In this document: positions 25,607-39,085 of the stretch, piece after piece
Position numbering within the stretch: the stretch's first letter is position 1
Layout of the letters: every line of letters begins with the position of its first letter
NCBI RefSeq assembly: GCF_018977255.1
Contig: NW_024704743.1
Coordinates: 31,250,001 to 31,314,000, forward strand
Source: Callorhinchus milii
Taxonomy: Eukaryota
Reading direction: 5' to 3'
DNA: 64,000 nt
Program-made: the position numbers and the translations under genes
Notes under the pieces: generated by a model
What the model saw: only the letters and a program-made list of their open reading frames with translations
Databases searched by the model: none
Told to the model about the DNA's origin: nothing

Positions 25607-25995
25607 CCCAGGAGTAGGGATTCTTCCCACTCAGCTCCTGTAAGCCAAAACTCTAAAGGGTAGGATGGTCCCAGATGAACAAGCAGCAAAACGTTTGCCA
25701 GACAGTGCTCTCAATGATGGCAAGTTATGCAGTTTTAGCTTGTTATCTATCCACAGTACACAGTATCTATATACACTCTCTGGGGTCCCTAAGCCATGGT
25801 CTTTGCCAACTTGAGTCTAATATTCTCAGCAATTAGATAAGTAGCGAACATCCATCCAGAGAGAGAGCACACATTCCATTCCACAAACTGGGAAATTAAC
25901 ATGTGTTGGTGGCATACGGGTGGATCTTTCAGTCTAATTTGCTTGATCGTGATGGTTTTTCTCATATGTGTCAGGCCTTTGGCTGACAGAAAAAC
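25607..25995 (+). repeat. Family X repeat copy, ~60 bp upstream of the 49-bp exon acceptor
   Basis: gggattcttcccactcagctcctg...ggcaagttatgcagttttagct...tgtgtcaggcctttggctgacagaaaaa. Confidence 0.85.
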
Positions 25996-26089
25996 TGTGT
26001 TGCACAATGAATAGTGAACCTCAGTATAACATGATGGTTGGAATCCATAAAAATCAGCACCACAGTGAGGCATTATTGCAGTTATTAAA

Positions 26090-26250
26090 ATAAATAATCC
26101 TTGCATTTGATATAAACCACAAAACACACAGTCGATTCACTTTACAATATATTCTGTGAAGCACTTTGACATGTCTCAAAGATGTGATAAGGCGTCAAAT
26201 CAAATGCAAGGATTATTATTATATCAAATACAAGGATTATTATTATATTA
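26090..26250 (+). mobile_element. SINE tail with duplicated terminus, preceded by a short inverted tail
   Basis: aataatccttgcatttgatata (reverse tail), then a forward tail ending atcaaatgcaaggattattattat-atcaaatacaaggattattatt. Confidence 0.75.
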
Positions 26251-26254
26251 CTAT

Positions 26255-26590
26255 AGCATCGTAATACATTGTTGAAACATCTCAAAGTACTTCACAATTT
26301 ACTGTATAGTATAGTAAAAACAGAAGTCAATTTGCACAAAGGAATATCCCATTAACAGCCATGAAGTGAATGACCAATTTTATCATGTGATTGTTCATAG
26401 TGACACCGAGAGAAACTTCCTTCCCTTTTTGAATAGTGCCCTGGGATCTTTAATATCCACCAGCATCTCATCCAAAGGACAACACCTCTCGTGTATCAGT
26501 CTACATGTCGGGAGCTCAAAGTCCCGATGTAGGGCTTGAAGCCACAACTTTCTGGCTCAGAGGCAAAATATGTTACCAACTGAGCTAGAG
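26255..26590 (-). mobile_element. Old Deu-domain SINE
   Basis: gaatagtgccctgggatctttaatatccacc...tctcatccaaaggacaacacctc...ggcttgaagccacaactttctggctcagaggc. Confidence 0.72.
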
Positions 26591-27460
26591 GATACCGAGT
26601 TTCACTGCTCAGCGGTGGGGCAGGCAGGGCGGGGGACGTGAGGTTAGCCAATGCTGCCGAGCAGAAAGAACGCCAATGTCTTTCTGAGAACAGAAGACTC
26701 CCTAAGTAAATCATCTGTCATCCATTAGTCTGAAACTAATGGTGTTTTTGTACTGTGGAATGGACTGCAATCCAAAGTGAATATTAGCGGGCCATTTTTT
26801 CCACACCAAGCCTTATTATTTTTCCCCTGAAATCGGAAATAGGTGCCTGCAGCACTGTTCAATTCTGCACAGACGTGGAAAAGTATGACATCACAGGACA
26901 AAAGGCACGAAGACCCCAGAAGCGCAAGCCTCTGCGGAAAAACATTAGAGCTCTACTTTTATTACTTTCTTTATCGCCACTGCCAACGTCACAGCAACAA
27001 CAACTTGCATTTATATAGCGCCGTACACACGGGATAGCATCCTGGAGCGCTTGAAGTAAAGGAAGCACGGTGACTCTGCATCCCCAACCCTTTTTCCCTG
27101 TTCCATCCCGCTATTGAGCTGTGTGAGAAGAGCATTTACCCAATGGTATCACTTCTTCTCATACCAAACCTCCATTTTTCATAAGGAAAATCCGAAACAC
27201 CAACAAGCAGGATGAATTGATGCTATTCTAACCACGACTCTCCAAACTGCTCTCTATGAGTGGCACCCCCGCATGGTGCCCAGTGCGGCACAGACCAGGG
27301 TCTATGACACCGGGCACCGGGCCAGCCCTGACCACTGCGGAGACTCGGCCCACAATGCACCCGCGTTAAGTCACCTGCCTTCACGCCCTGCCACTCCAGA
27401 AGACTGATTACCCCAACAGGGGCTCCGAAATTCCACCTTGTCTTAGCCTGTAAGAACATT

Positions 27461-27892
27461 GTGGAATCCCGTAGGGTAGTGGTTAACGCACTTGCCTCTT
27501 AACCGAGAGGACCAGGGTTTGAATCCCAGGTGAGGTGAAATCTTTCCTCATTCTGGGCTTAAGCACTCTGGGACACTACCCTGGTGTGAGGAGTGCTATA
27601 CAAATGTAAGTTGTTGTTACTGTTATTCCATATGACTCGGTTTATCTAGCAATAATAATAATAAGATTGGAGGATTGTTTTCTGGGTGTAATAATCCCTC
27701 CCAAAAAAGATATATTTGGTCACTCAATCCATGACTGTTTGTGGGATACTGCTGTGTACAAATGGCTGCTGCATTTCGCCCATACGTACACAGTGAATCC
27801 ACTTTACAATATATTCTGTGAAGTGTTTTAAGACCAACAGCATGCTAAGGCGCTATATGAAATGCTAGGATTATTATTTAATATTATTATTA
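27461..27892 (+). mobile_element. Full-length older SINE with nested L2-B tail (27554-27624, possible attc TSD)
   Basis: Head gtggaatcccgtagggtagtggttaacgcacttgcc; insert ttaagcactctgggacactaccc...gttgttgtt; SINE body resumes after it. Confidence 0.85.
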
Positions 27893-28309
27893 TCAAAATG
27901 GTTTTACTCAACATATTAAACAAATATCACAGAAGCATTCTTGTTCATAGCTTAATCTTTCAACAGTGAGTTGCTGTGAATCTTTTTGAGATACGTTATT
28001 GCTATAGGCGTCATATCAAATACAAGATTTATGTTTAAGATGAGTTTTTGCTTTGGAAGAATAGATGAGAACATCTTTCATTAAGCCACTGTAACCCATT
28101 GCTAATGTGTAGTTGCTTGGATATGATGTAGCTTTCTGCAATATCAGATATAAACAGATTCGCAGCCCATATTTCTGGGAAGCTGGATGTCTGAGCAGCG
28201 CTCTAATTCTGTTGACAACTAAACAGACACGAAAGAACTGCGTCCATTGTCACAGTAAAAAATATATTTCTAGTGCAAGGATCTGTGTTTCACTTTCCAA
28301 TTTTCCACA

Positions 28310-28502
28310 TGCTGGGCAACCTTGTTGTGATGAATTTTTTGAAGCCCAAATTGGGGTGTTTAAAAAAAGAATTGGACAAACACATGCAGAGAAATGGTAT
28401 TACAGTGATATTGGGAAAAATAGGGGATTTGGATGGATGGAATTTTGGAGGAAGCGAAGACCGACACAAAATAATAGGCCAAATAATGGCCTACTGTGTA
28501 CA
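28310..28502 (+). mobile_element. CR1 3' end, diverged
   Basis: LKKELDKHM at ORF2 end, followed by aggccaaataatggcct resembling the CR1 terminal hairpin. Confidence 0.55.
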
Positions 28503-28524
28503 GCAAGGCAGTGCTGGGCCAAGT

Positions 28525-28702
28525 ATAATAATAATAAACAATCCTTACATTTGATATAGCACCTTCGAGACGTCTCAAAGCACTTCACAGAATATACTGC
28601 AAAGTGAATTGACTGTATATTTTGTGGGCAAAATGCGGCAGCCAATTGCGCACAGCAGTGTCCCACAAACAGTCATGGATTGACTGATCAATTTATTATT
28701 AT
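28525..28702 (-). mobile_element. SINE 3' half, ~120 bp downstream of the 97-bp exon donor
   Basis: SINE tail and body in reverse. Confidence 0.9.
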
Positions 28703-28819
28703 AATGCCATAATGAGCCTCCCCTGTATATATGTACAATGCCTCGAAGCCAAAAGGTACACACAGATATCCAATTAACTTGAAAGAATTTCTCAAGAATG
28801 GTTTGAATAGATTTCTTAC

Positions 28820-28916
28820 CCCAATAATACTCAACCCTTTGATGTAGTCCATTCGAGGTTGGGCTTGAGGAACACATCCAGCTACTACCACCTTTTTCCT
28901 TTGTTCTTGAGCTTTC
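28820..28916 (-). CDS. CDKAL1: CDKAL1 coding exon (97 bp; equivalent to human exon 6), C-terminal part of MTTase N-terminal (UPF0004) domain
   Basis: Acceptor ttttcctttcag|G, donor GGG|gtaaga. Translates [32 protein letters not shown], recognisable CDKAL1 including the AGC Cys that ligates the auxiliary Fe-S cluster. Ends in phase 0, matching the next exon. Confidence 0.97.
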
Positions 28917-29349
28917 CTGAAAGGAAAAAACGTGGGATGAATTCAACACAATTCTTCCCTGGCAGCGTTTTTCTTGTTTCAAAAGCAGACTTATTTTAGT
29001 GCACAGCAAAAGAAAACCAAGAAATCTTGAGACAATCTTGTACTGATTTTTAAAATAAACTGCAGAACATATTTCAATTAATTAAGTTAATTTTATTCTT
29101 GAACTTAAAACGAAGTTCAGTTCTAACTCGAATGTCTATCACATTTCATGCCTGAAGTGAACTAAACCACAGACTCTATGAAGTTCTACATTTGTCTTCA
29201 TAAACACGAGTTCAGCTCGTTTGGAACATACATTTAATGCAATCTCTCATTTTTATGAACAAGTGATCTGACAGTGATACTACCAAATTGTTTTATATGT
29301 TTACTTTATAAACAGCATAAACCAGAATGAAACATTTTGAACCATACAC

Positions 29350-30115
29350 CTACAGATTTAGAACCATACAACACAGCCCATTATTTTATGTGGGTCTTCG
29401 TTCCTCCAAAAACCCACCCCAATTCCCTATTCTTTCCCAATACCCTCTAATATCCTTCCACTGGATGTTCTTGACCAATTCTCTTTTAGATTCCCAATCG
29501 ACTCGGTTCTAACAAGCACCCCTAACAAATCATTTCATATCCTCACAAGCTTCTGGAAGAAGATCTTCCAAACATCTCCTTTTACTCCTCTATTCACAAT
29601 ATAGAATTCATATCCACTTCTTGTCCTTGAATTCTCTATCAATGGAAACAGTTTTCACAATTAATCATTTCAAATCCTTTCATTGTTTTAAAACACACCT
29701 GTCATAACCGTATCACCTCCGAACTTTCTCTGCTACAATGAGAAAAAATCTAACTTCTCCAGCTGCTCCTCATAGCTGTATCTTTTCATCTCCTGTATCA
29801 TCTTCATCCTTGCATTTTTGATACAGCGCTTTTCACGTTGGGAGGACGTCCCAAAGCGCTTCACAGAACACACTGTAAAGTGAATTGACTGTATATTTGT
29901 GGGCGAACGTGGCAGCCAATTGCGCACAGCAATGTCCCACAAACAGTCGTAGATTGAAAATGACCAATTTATTATTGTTTTTTGGTTTTGGAGGGATTAT
30001 TATCATGAACCTTTGCTTCAACCTGTCCATACCTCTAACACCCTTTCCATAATGTGGCCCCCGAAATGGCACATATGGTAGCTGCGGCATAGCCAGTGTC
30101 TTATACAGATTCATT
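29350..30115 (-). mobile_element. CR1 ORF2 C-terminus/3' UTR, split by a young SINE
   Basis: NLYKTLAMPQLPYVPFRGPHYGK...QRFM | IQEMKRYSYEEQLEKLDFFSL resembles CR1 LYKTLVRPHLEY...YEERL..LGLFSL. Confidence 0.8.
29802..30000 (-). mobile_element. Young SINE 3' half inserted in CR1 (possible TSD tatcat)
   Basis: Near-identical to young copies; tatcat at 29796-29801 and 30001-30006. Confidence 0.92.
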
Positions 30116-30849
30116 TCATCTATACTTTTGTATTTTTAAGGTGATTGATAAAATACTGCAATCCTCTTATTTTCAAGGGATTTCCACTTCCTAAATCCAC
30201 CAGACTGATGAACCTGATTGGGCAAAAGCTGCTTTTATTGGAATTTAATAAAACTCCATTCTGTCTGTAAGTTCCCCCACCCAAATCAAAAACTCTCAGT
30301 ACCGTTTTTCAGTTTTTTAACCAAAAATCTAACAAAGCATGTATGCAACTACGGTATCAATATTAGTGATAAGCAATGGCACTAGGAAACTGCAATTTTA
30401 TTTTTACTACCGTTTGTACTCTGCAGGTTACTTTTAACCACAGTTCATATTCTTGATTTACAACACCTTTTCAATTGGGTTATAAACATCCAATTCACAA
30501 GTCTGAATAGAAAATAGAAATTATCTACAAATTATTCTGGGGTGTATTTTCTGAACAACTTTTTTTTCACTCAGATAAGCAAAAACAGTAAACAAATTTC
30601 CAAAGTTGCTGTTTACTGTGTTCAGAATTTAGCAGTCAGGTTTCAGAAATCTAATTTCATTTTATAAGCAATTAAGTCATAGTTTACACCATTCCAAAGT
30701 GCTGCAATGTTACTAGATTATTAATATAAGACAGTTTATGACTTCCTCCTGCTTTCATGTTGGCAGTATAACGTGGAGCTCAGAGTATTTCAAGAACTAT
30801 AGAAGGAGAAATCAGAGTGGGAAAACCTAAGCTGATTGTTACTGGTTTT

Positions 30850-31125
30850 ATAATAATAAATAATAACCCTTGCATTTGATATAGCGCTTGTCACATCTCC
30901 TAGACGTCTCAAAGCGTTCCACAGAATATACTGTAAAGTGAATTGACTGTATATATTTGTGCGCGAAACGCAGCAGCCAATTGCGTACAGCAGTATCCCA
31001 CAAACAGTCGTGGATTGAAGTGACCAATTTATTATTGTTTTTTTTCTTGAGGGATTATTATCAGGTGTGTGGAGTAAGGAAACTGGCCCAAAGTTTCGTC
31101 CTGCCGAGAATCAAACCCAGGTCTT
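30850..31125 (-). mobile_element. SINE, 5'-truncated
   Basis: Tail through B-box region. Confidence 0.9.
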
Positions 31126-33774
31126 TTGTTTTGTTTACTCATTTCTTGCCTGCATTTTAAATGAATATAGTTTCTCCCTTACGCTGCATTATATTGGACA
31201 TTTGGCAATGAATCATTGTGATTTTGGCACTGATTCTATGACTGTCACGTCTTGGGGAGCGCAAGCTGCATTGGAGCCACTCTATAGAGGAGATAGTATC
31301 AGAAGCTGTGTGATTTATGCAGTGCAACTACAGTTGGTGTAAATCACAGTGGGCTTCTTCCCACTAAGATTGATTCAGCACTTTCTTGGTTGATTCAAGG
31401 GACACAATGGAAATTTTGAATGGACTGTATTTTAGAAATAACAAAAGAGGCATTTTGATAACACCTCAGCATTTTGAAACATCTCAAAGTGTTACACAAG
31501 TAATTACTGTCGAGCTTAGTGGCCGTTTTGGGAAACAAATACAGCAAACATACGCACAAGGAAGGTTCCATAAATAGCCATGAAATGTCATTTAAAGCAC
31601 AAGTAGATTTTTAATAACATAAATATAAACATCAATTTGGACGTTCTGCACAAACTTCAAGGCATTTAATTTCAAAGCAATGTGGGTGGTATAAACTCCA
31701 CATCATTCAAGGCATGAGATTGTAGGCAAATGGGCAAAGACTTATGGGGGTGGTGGTGAGGGTGAACCTGTACCCTGGTATTACACAGTGAAGTGTGCTG
31801 AAAGCACAAAGCGGTGAAAATCCTCAAGTACATAACAGAAAAAATTCCAATAGCAAGCTATAGATTGGGTGGATGGCAGGAGGAGCGGGGAGGGGGACAA
31901 ATGTGCAGTGGATTTATTTGCCAAATTATGTTATCAAACATGAGAACGCTCAAATGGGAACACTGAAGTTTGCTTCCAACAGCACTGTGCCACCTTCTGT
32001 TCACAAGTCTATGCTAGCAAATAAGATTACAACCTGTCATAAGAAGCAACTGATTTAGAAACAAACGCTTTAAGTCAGGTCCGAATACAAGTATTAAATA
32101 CGCAGTTCATTGTATTAAAATATCATACTTTGTGCCAGCAACAATTATGACCCTATCCTCTAAACATCCATAACAATCTCAAACAATACATTTGGACTTG
32201 AATGCAATATAAATTCTTGGATCGCTATCCACTAAAATCTCTACCTTCTTCAAAACATGTACAGAAAGTATGTTAACCTTGACAACTGAAAATTATTTAG
32301 ACAGTTCCCAGAAATACAGATTGTCTTCTCTTCTGAAAATGGAGAAGCTCGGTCATGCTTTAAAGAGTCAAAGTGAAATGACACTGTTCCTGAGCATCAT
32401 TCAACCATCACCTTCATGTTAGATGCTGCACAGATGATTGAATAGTTTCATAAGAAGCTATCTGTGAGATCAGACTTTAAGTGAGACTTGATAGGAGAGA
32501 GGGGTTGAAGAGCAGATAGATATGAAACAATCAAATACACTCACCAAATTCTTCAGGGCCAGTTATATTACATAGTTTAGTACCAAGTAAGACATGCTTT
32601 TTATACACACAGGGACAAACTGGTTTTCAAATCAAAATACAGAATTAGACAAGTGGTGTGAGACTAATTGTTCAATGGATAATCTTTGCCTGTAATATTA
32701 CCATAGTTGGTAGAAGTGAACTTTTTTAGAAAAAAGTAAAAATATATATTGATAAAGTTTCCAGGCAGCCCAGTGGATAATATCAAGGATTTATTTTACT
32801 TTGATACAGAGCTTATATGGTTAATGGAGTTAAATTAAGCAGCATTAAGCCACCAGTATAACCAAGCTGTTAACATGTCCAGAGCATGACCTGCCCATAG
32901 GGTAAAAGCAAGCTGGGAATATAACTCTCGGCTGCTAGAATCCTCTACTATACTGTAGGCAACGTGATAAACCCATACTTATGATCTAACTGAAGCACTG
33001 AATAGATCATAAACCAGTATAAGATTATAGCTCCCCTACAACCAAACCAGTTGATAAAGTTAGTGAATCTTCGGATCTCCTGGGTCTGTGTAGCAAAACC
33101 TTATAGCTGTGCCGAGTTAGCTGATCTCAGCTGGGGGCAACAATTGGCCTTCCTTAAGAGTGAAATATCAGCTAAAGGAACCTATTCCTAATCAGAAGCT
33201 AGTGAAATGGTAATATACTGTGACAATCAAGCCCAGATACAGTTACACTGAATATACGTTTTGAATTACTTCTCTCAATTAGTTCTCTCTTGTTCCTGAT
33301 GCTGGTTCAATCAACAGTAATTTTCCATCTTACATCATATTACAAAGACGCCGAGTAATCTTGGCAAAAATGAACTCCAAAACACCTGCCTGTCAAGGTT
33401 CGTAAACCAATTATGTTGCGTGCCAAATCAGTAATACAGTAAACCATAAATACATATGGTGTCATTCATGATCGTCTATAATAGTAACAAGAACTGGTCC
33501 GACGAGGAAAAGGAGAGGGGATTAACACACAGTGAAAGGAGGGCAAAAGATCAAATAATCTGAAAAGAAAAGTGCAGGACTGTGAAAATTAATAAAAGGA
33601 CAGAAACCGTTTTTAAACATCTCCTCCAGATGAACCCGAGTTAATCCAAACTAGTTTGATGACTAATTTACTGACACCTCCCTTGGAGGAAGCACCTCAG
33701 CTCTACTTAATCTTCTAGTCTTAAGACCATCTTCACAAACAGTCTCAAGAAAATCAATGTGAAAAACTACGGGG

Positions 33775-34145
33775 ATAATAATAATAATCCTTGCATTTGA
33801 TACAGCGCCTTGTCACATCTTCGAGACGTCTCAAACAGCTTCACAGAATATACTGTAAAGTGAATTGCCTATATTTCTTATGGGCGAAACGCGGTAGCCA
33901 ACTGCATACAGCAGTGTCCCACAAACAGTCGTGGATTGAGTGAACCAATTTATTCTTTTTTTGGAAGAAATTATTACCTCCAGAAAAGCGATCCACTAAT
34001 CGACTAACAACTGGGTTCTTACTTACTACTAGGTAAACAGAGGCATGTGGTTTAAGGAAACTTGGCCAATGTTTCGTTCTGCTGGGAATCGAACCCAGGT
34101 CTCTTGTTTGCGAGGTGAGTGCTCTAACTACTGAGCTACAGGACT
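33775..34145 (-). mobile_element. Full-length SINE, older long subfamily
   Basis: Sense head agtcctgtagctcagtagttagagcactcacc; internal segment present. Confidence 0.92.
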
Positions 34146-34798
34146 ATAATGGCCGACTTACTATGACAAAATATCCACTCATCTTCTGTTGCAGTATCTT
34201 GGCATAAGACAATACCGGTAATTCAAGTGTGAATGAGATTATGAACTCCTTCATACCAGCAAGAAAACTGAAGTATTCAGAATAAAGGTTCAAAAACATA
34301 AAATGGTTAGTTTACCATAATGCTACAGAGATCAATGATCTGATTAACAGTTTCCAAACCATGCCCTTTCTTAGTCAAACATACTTTGTTTAAAAACATC
34401 CAGCATGTTACAGTTACATTTTCTGCAAACAATCCTTCTTGCTTTTATGAGATACAAAACACTGAACGATGCTGTAAGATCAAATAATTTTCCACTGCTT
34501 TTCTTACTATCCCAGCTTGTCAGTACCTGATCAATACTGTTCTGTATTCAGGTATGTAGCTATAAAAGTTATGGTATAAAAAAATATTTATACAACAACT
34601 CTCTTATAATATGGTCACTTGGGACCAATACCGCAGACATTGTGTTTTAAAGGAGCTCCGAAAAATGGCCAATTTGTTGTCAGGTCACCATTGACAGTTG
34701 TGCTTCCTCTAAGCAGCATAGAATGCAAAAACTGATCTCAACATCACATCCAACATGACGTCAAATATGCTTCCTGTGGATTGCGTGTAACACGCAAA

Positions 34799-34934
34799 CT
34801 TGCTGTGCGCAATTGGCTGCCGCGTTCGCCCACAAATATACAGTCAATTCACTTTACACTGTGTTCTGTGAAGCGCTTTGGGACGTCCTCCCGATGTGAA
34901 AAGCGCTATAACAAATGCAAGGATTATTATTATT
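34799..34934 (+). mobile_element. Young SINE 3' part
   Basis: ttgctgtgcgcaattggctgccgcgttcgccc...gggacgtcctcccgatgtgaaaagcgc. Confidence 0.92.
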
Positions 34935-37774
34935 AAAAGAGTGATGTCAGTAGCAACCTGACAGCCTGGTAGTTAGCTATTTTTTATGTACAGAAAGACA
35001 GGTACTTTGTGACTGAAGCCAGGTATACCATGCTTCCAGTATATCGTATGTCTACAGTGTATCCAAGCATACCCACAGTCAAAAGGGGAGCAATTAAAGG
35101 GACTGCCCTACATCTACATCTACGCTATGCCGGCTGAAGCTCAGAATTTAGTACATTATTTTATCCTACACATGATTAACTTGCCAGCACAATATAAAAA
35201 CATAATGGCGTATAATATTTTACTAACCCTTTTTTCAATGCAAAATACACTAAACCAACTCCAGGTAACCTTAACAATTACTTCAACTATTTGTAGTACA
35301 GCAGAATATGAAAAAAATTGTACAGAGTTAAAAGAACCACCAAAGAGCCAGGGTGCATAATTGTCAACTGTTACAGCAGTTTCACATCAGGGCCATAATG
35401 CCCTTTCTCATTCTACCACCCACGAGGACATGGCAGTCTTTAGATACTCAAGTTTCACTCAGCTTTCAGACTCCAACTGTGAAGAGCCATTAAGTGAATA
35501 GCCAAACGCAGCAGCTGAAAAGCGTAGTCACATTTCTGGGAAAATGAGCATTAGAAAGCATGGAAAGAAAAAGGGTCATGTTCAGCTCATGAAGCCCATT
35601 TATTGAGCAGCCACCCAAAGAAACAAGCGTTGGATTTAGGCCATCCACTCTTCTTGAGATTCTGTACCTTAATTGTTTGTTGTGTGGGAGTTTGCTCCTA
35701 TTATGCGAGTTTAAAAGATGAACAGGGAAGGCTGGTACTTTAGGACCATAGGATTTTATAAATAAAGATGTTGAGTGCACCTGGTCTTCTAGCCCAAGTG
35801 ACTGCAGGTTTGCCCAGGATGGCGTGAAGAAGGCCAGTTGTAAACAGGTGTATGAGGGAGTCAAGTGTTGGGATGGTGAGGAAAGGTTTATTGCAGTGGT
35901 TTTACTGTGATTCTTTGGTCTGGTTATGAAGTTGCCAAAAAGGATATCAAATGAGCTTGGAGTTATTTAAAGAAAAATATTTTCTATAGTAGTCAGTTAT
36001 CATTGGGAAAAGCCCCAGAGTGCAGAGACGACTCAACGACCAAACAATAGTTGTACCTTCTGATAGTAACAGCCTTCCCTCTCTATCACGTGGTGCATAG
36101 CTACTTCTTGATTCCCCCAAATATGAACGTGACAATATTTTTCTGTTCCCATTATCTCCAGTAGCTACCGCACTTGCTGCTCCAAAATTTACTGGCTGCC
36201 CGGTTAAAACTTTGGCCACAGTTAAACAGTTGGGTGCTTTCCGTCCACTCTACATTAGGTAATGTTTTATTGATTTGAAACCCGTGAGCTTCATTTCAGT
36301 GGTGTATTAGGTGGCTTGCAGTCTACCATTAAAGAAGCTTGACTGCTTCTGTTGCCAGCAGCAAGTGCAACTGCTATTTTTTAATAAAAGCCTTTAAACC
36401 ATACTATTGAGTGTAAGATGACTTAAGGAAGGATGTTGACCTTCTGCCCTCCATTTGCCAATCCCAAAGTTTCGGTTTACATTCTCCAATATTGAACTGA
36501 CATTCTGATGCTCTGTTTCCTTTCTCCTCAGCTGCCTGGATCACCTTTACCTAAAAACAGCAGAGCAGTTCATTTTTTCCAGGCCACGTTGCCTCAAATC
36601 TCCCTGCTGCAATCAACGTGCTTCCAGATTCATGATTTTAATCTCTATCAAAGAAAGGATACTTATATATTTCAAATGGTTGCAGTAGATATAATGGAAG
36701 CAGATGCAAGTTACATGTGCATGCAAGTTACTGCCAAAAATAACTCTGAGGTTAGTTTCTGTAAGCATCTTTTTGTATGAAGCTTACAAGGAAAATATTG
36801 CAGCACTTGATAAAATACAGATAGAATGAGCTTTGCTGAAGAGTAATTGGTGATCGGAAATCCAGGTCTCAGAAATCTAAAATTGTCAATTCCTAAAATA
36901 CTTAACACATCTGACAGTTGTAACAGTTCAAGGCCATTCGCAAGTTAAGAGTAATTTTTAAAAAAGCTTCTGGTCTTCGCACTTTGTACTGATTCGCCTA
37001 CAAATATGCAGTCTATTAATTTACATGAAAATTCTCTGAAGCACTTTAAAATGTCTCAACATGATAACGCGCTATATCAAATGCAAGAGTTATTTATTCC
37101 TTACAATAGGCTTGCAAAACAGCATGTTTAACATGGTTGGACCATTCCAGTAATTAAGCAGTTAAGAGACTTCTGTGCTTCATAATCCTACATGAAATGT
37201 CAACTGTTGCTTTTAGTTCAGTCGCACAATACTGAAACCTCCCTAAGGTCTTGTCAACTCAGCAGAACAGATTTTATATAATGATCCTTAAGCAGCTTTT
37301 AAAGCCTCTTCTTCTTCATGGGTTTTCTTACAATACCAGATCAGACCTAAGCTCATCATAAATGCTCTCGGAGCTGAATGCCTTCAGAACAGTTCAGTTA
37401 AATATTTTCACTTGTATGCTCGGTGTTAATATAGGTGCAATGAGCTTAACTTTTCTAGTTTGTTCAAGCATTGGTCACAGAGATCACTGATGGGTTCACT
37501 GCTAGCAGCTCCCACTCCTTAATTCTGAGGCAATTTGTGTGTAAAAGATTGACCCTGCCACATTTACAATATAACAACAATGTTGAGGATTCAATGCCTG
37601 CACAAATTGATTCTTAAAGCTGTTTTTCATTCACTAAAAATTAAGGTGATTTAAAGACGTGGAAAAGAAGAAAAATAAAGTTAAAATTAATTGACAGAAG
37701 ATTCACAAAATAAGAGGCAAATGGGAGGAAACACATGACAACTGGTGAGAATGAGAAAGCGTTCAAAAAAACAC

Positions 37775-37897
37775 AATAATATTATAATAATCTTTGCATT
37801 TGATATAGCGCCTTATCACGTCTTCAAGACATCTCAAAGTGCTTCACAGAATATACTGTAAAGTGAATTGACTGTATATTTTGTGGGCGAAATGCAG
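37775..37897 (-). mobile_element. SINE tail
   Basis: Older-type tail in reverse. Confidence 0.85.
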
Positions 37898-38410
37898 AAG
37901 CAGATTGCCCACAAGGGAGAGGTGGTTTAGGCTCTTCTGTATAATCACATGAAATTACCTTTGCTGTTTGTTATGGAAAGCATAATGTAATTATGCCCCT
38001 TTGTTGATATTATTTTTTCCATTTCTTGCTGTGTTTTGGTTTTGAAAATTACAAATAAAAAAATGCATTCCAATGAAGTGTTTAAATCTGCACTCTCACC
38101 ATTAGAAATCATCCAAAAGTGGTTCATTATACATTAATTGTACATTTGTTTTGCACGATTTGAGAAGCAGCCTTTGCACAACATTAACCTCATGTTATCT
38201 TCCTTTGACTTTGCAGTAGTCTTTACTTTATTGACTTTTACAGTGATTTCCGACTGCCACACCAAATACACAACCATAACACAAAACTTCTCACAGAAAA
38301 CTTCTCCTGGAAAAACAGCAACTCCAACTACTTTCTCCAGTCAACTACTACATTACAAATTTAGATTCCACTGGACCACTGGATTTTCCACCCATACTTG
38401 TCTTATATAA

Positions 38411-38772
38411 GAATCCTTGCATTTGGTATAGTGCTTTATCACATTGTTGAGACATCTCAAAGCTTTTCATAGGATTTTACTGTGAAGTGTAGTGATTGTT
38501 ATCTGTAGGCGAACGAGGCAGACAATTTGTATGCAGCAATGTGCCATGAACAGCGATGAAGTGAATGACCAATTTTATTTGTAGAATTGTTGGCCAGGAC
38601 ACTGGGAGAAATTCCCATTTCTTTTCAAGAAGCGCCATGCGATCCCTGTGCACAAAGGTGCACAAATTTCCCATGGACCTGCCTGTTCAGGTTCATAATG
38701 AAATAATAATACACCTGAACAGGCAGATAGCCCCTCGGTTCAACGTCTCAACCAAAAGATGGCATCCTCAAC
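38411..38772 (-). mobile_element. Old Deu-domain SINE, truncated by a young SINE
   Basis: ggccaggacactgggagaaattccc...cacctgaacaggcagatagcccctcggttcaacgtctcaaccaaaagatggcatcctc. Confidence 0.8.
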
Positions 38773-39085
38773 AATAATAATCCTTGCATTTGATATAGCG
38801 CTTTTCACGTTGGGAGGACGTCCCAAAGCGCTTCACAGAACACACTGTAAAGTGAATTGACTGTGTATTTGTGGGCGAACGCGGCAGTCAATTGCGCACA
38901 GCAATGTCCCACAAACAGTCCTAGATTGAAAATGACCAATTTATTATTGTTTTTTGGTTTCGGAGGAATTAATATTAGGCGTGTGGAATAAGGAAACTTG
39001 CCCAAGGTTTCGCCCTGCCTGGAATTGAACTCAGGTCTCTTGCTTGCAAAGCGAGTGCTCTAACCACTGAGCTACAGGACTCCAC
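38773..39085 (-). mobile_element. Full-length SINE, young subfamily
   Basis: Near-identical to 21327-21651. Confidence 0.95.

Noticed and set aside
35490..36219. Possible decayed L1/Tx1 endonuclease (SYAP, DREGRLL)
   Set aside because: Motifs are too short and out of the expected order to support a call.
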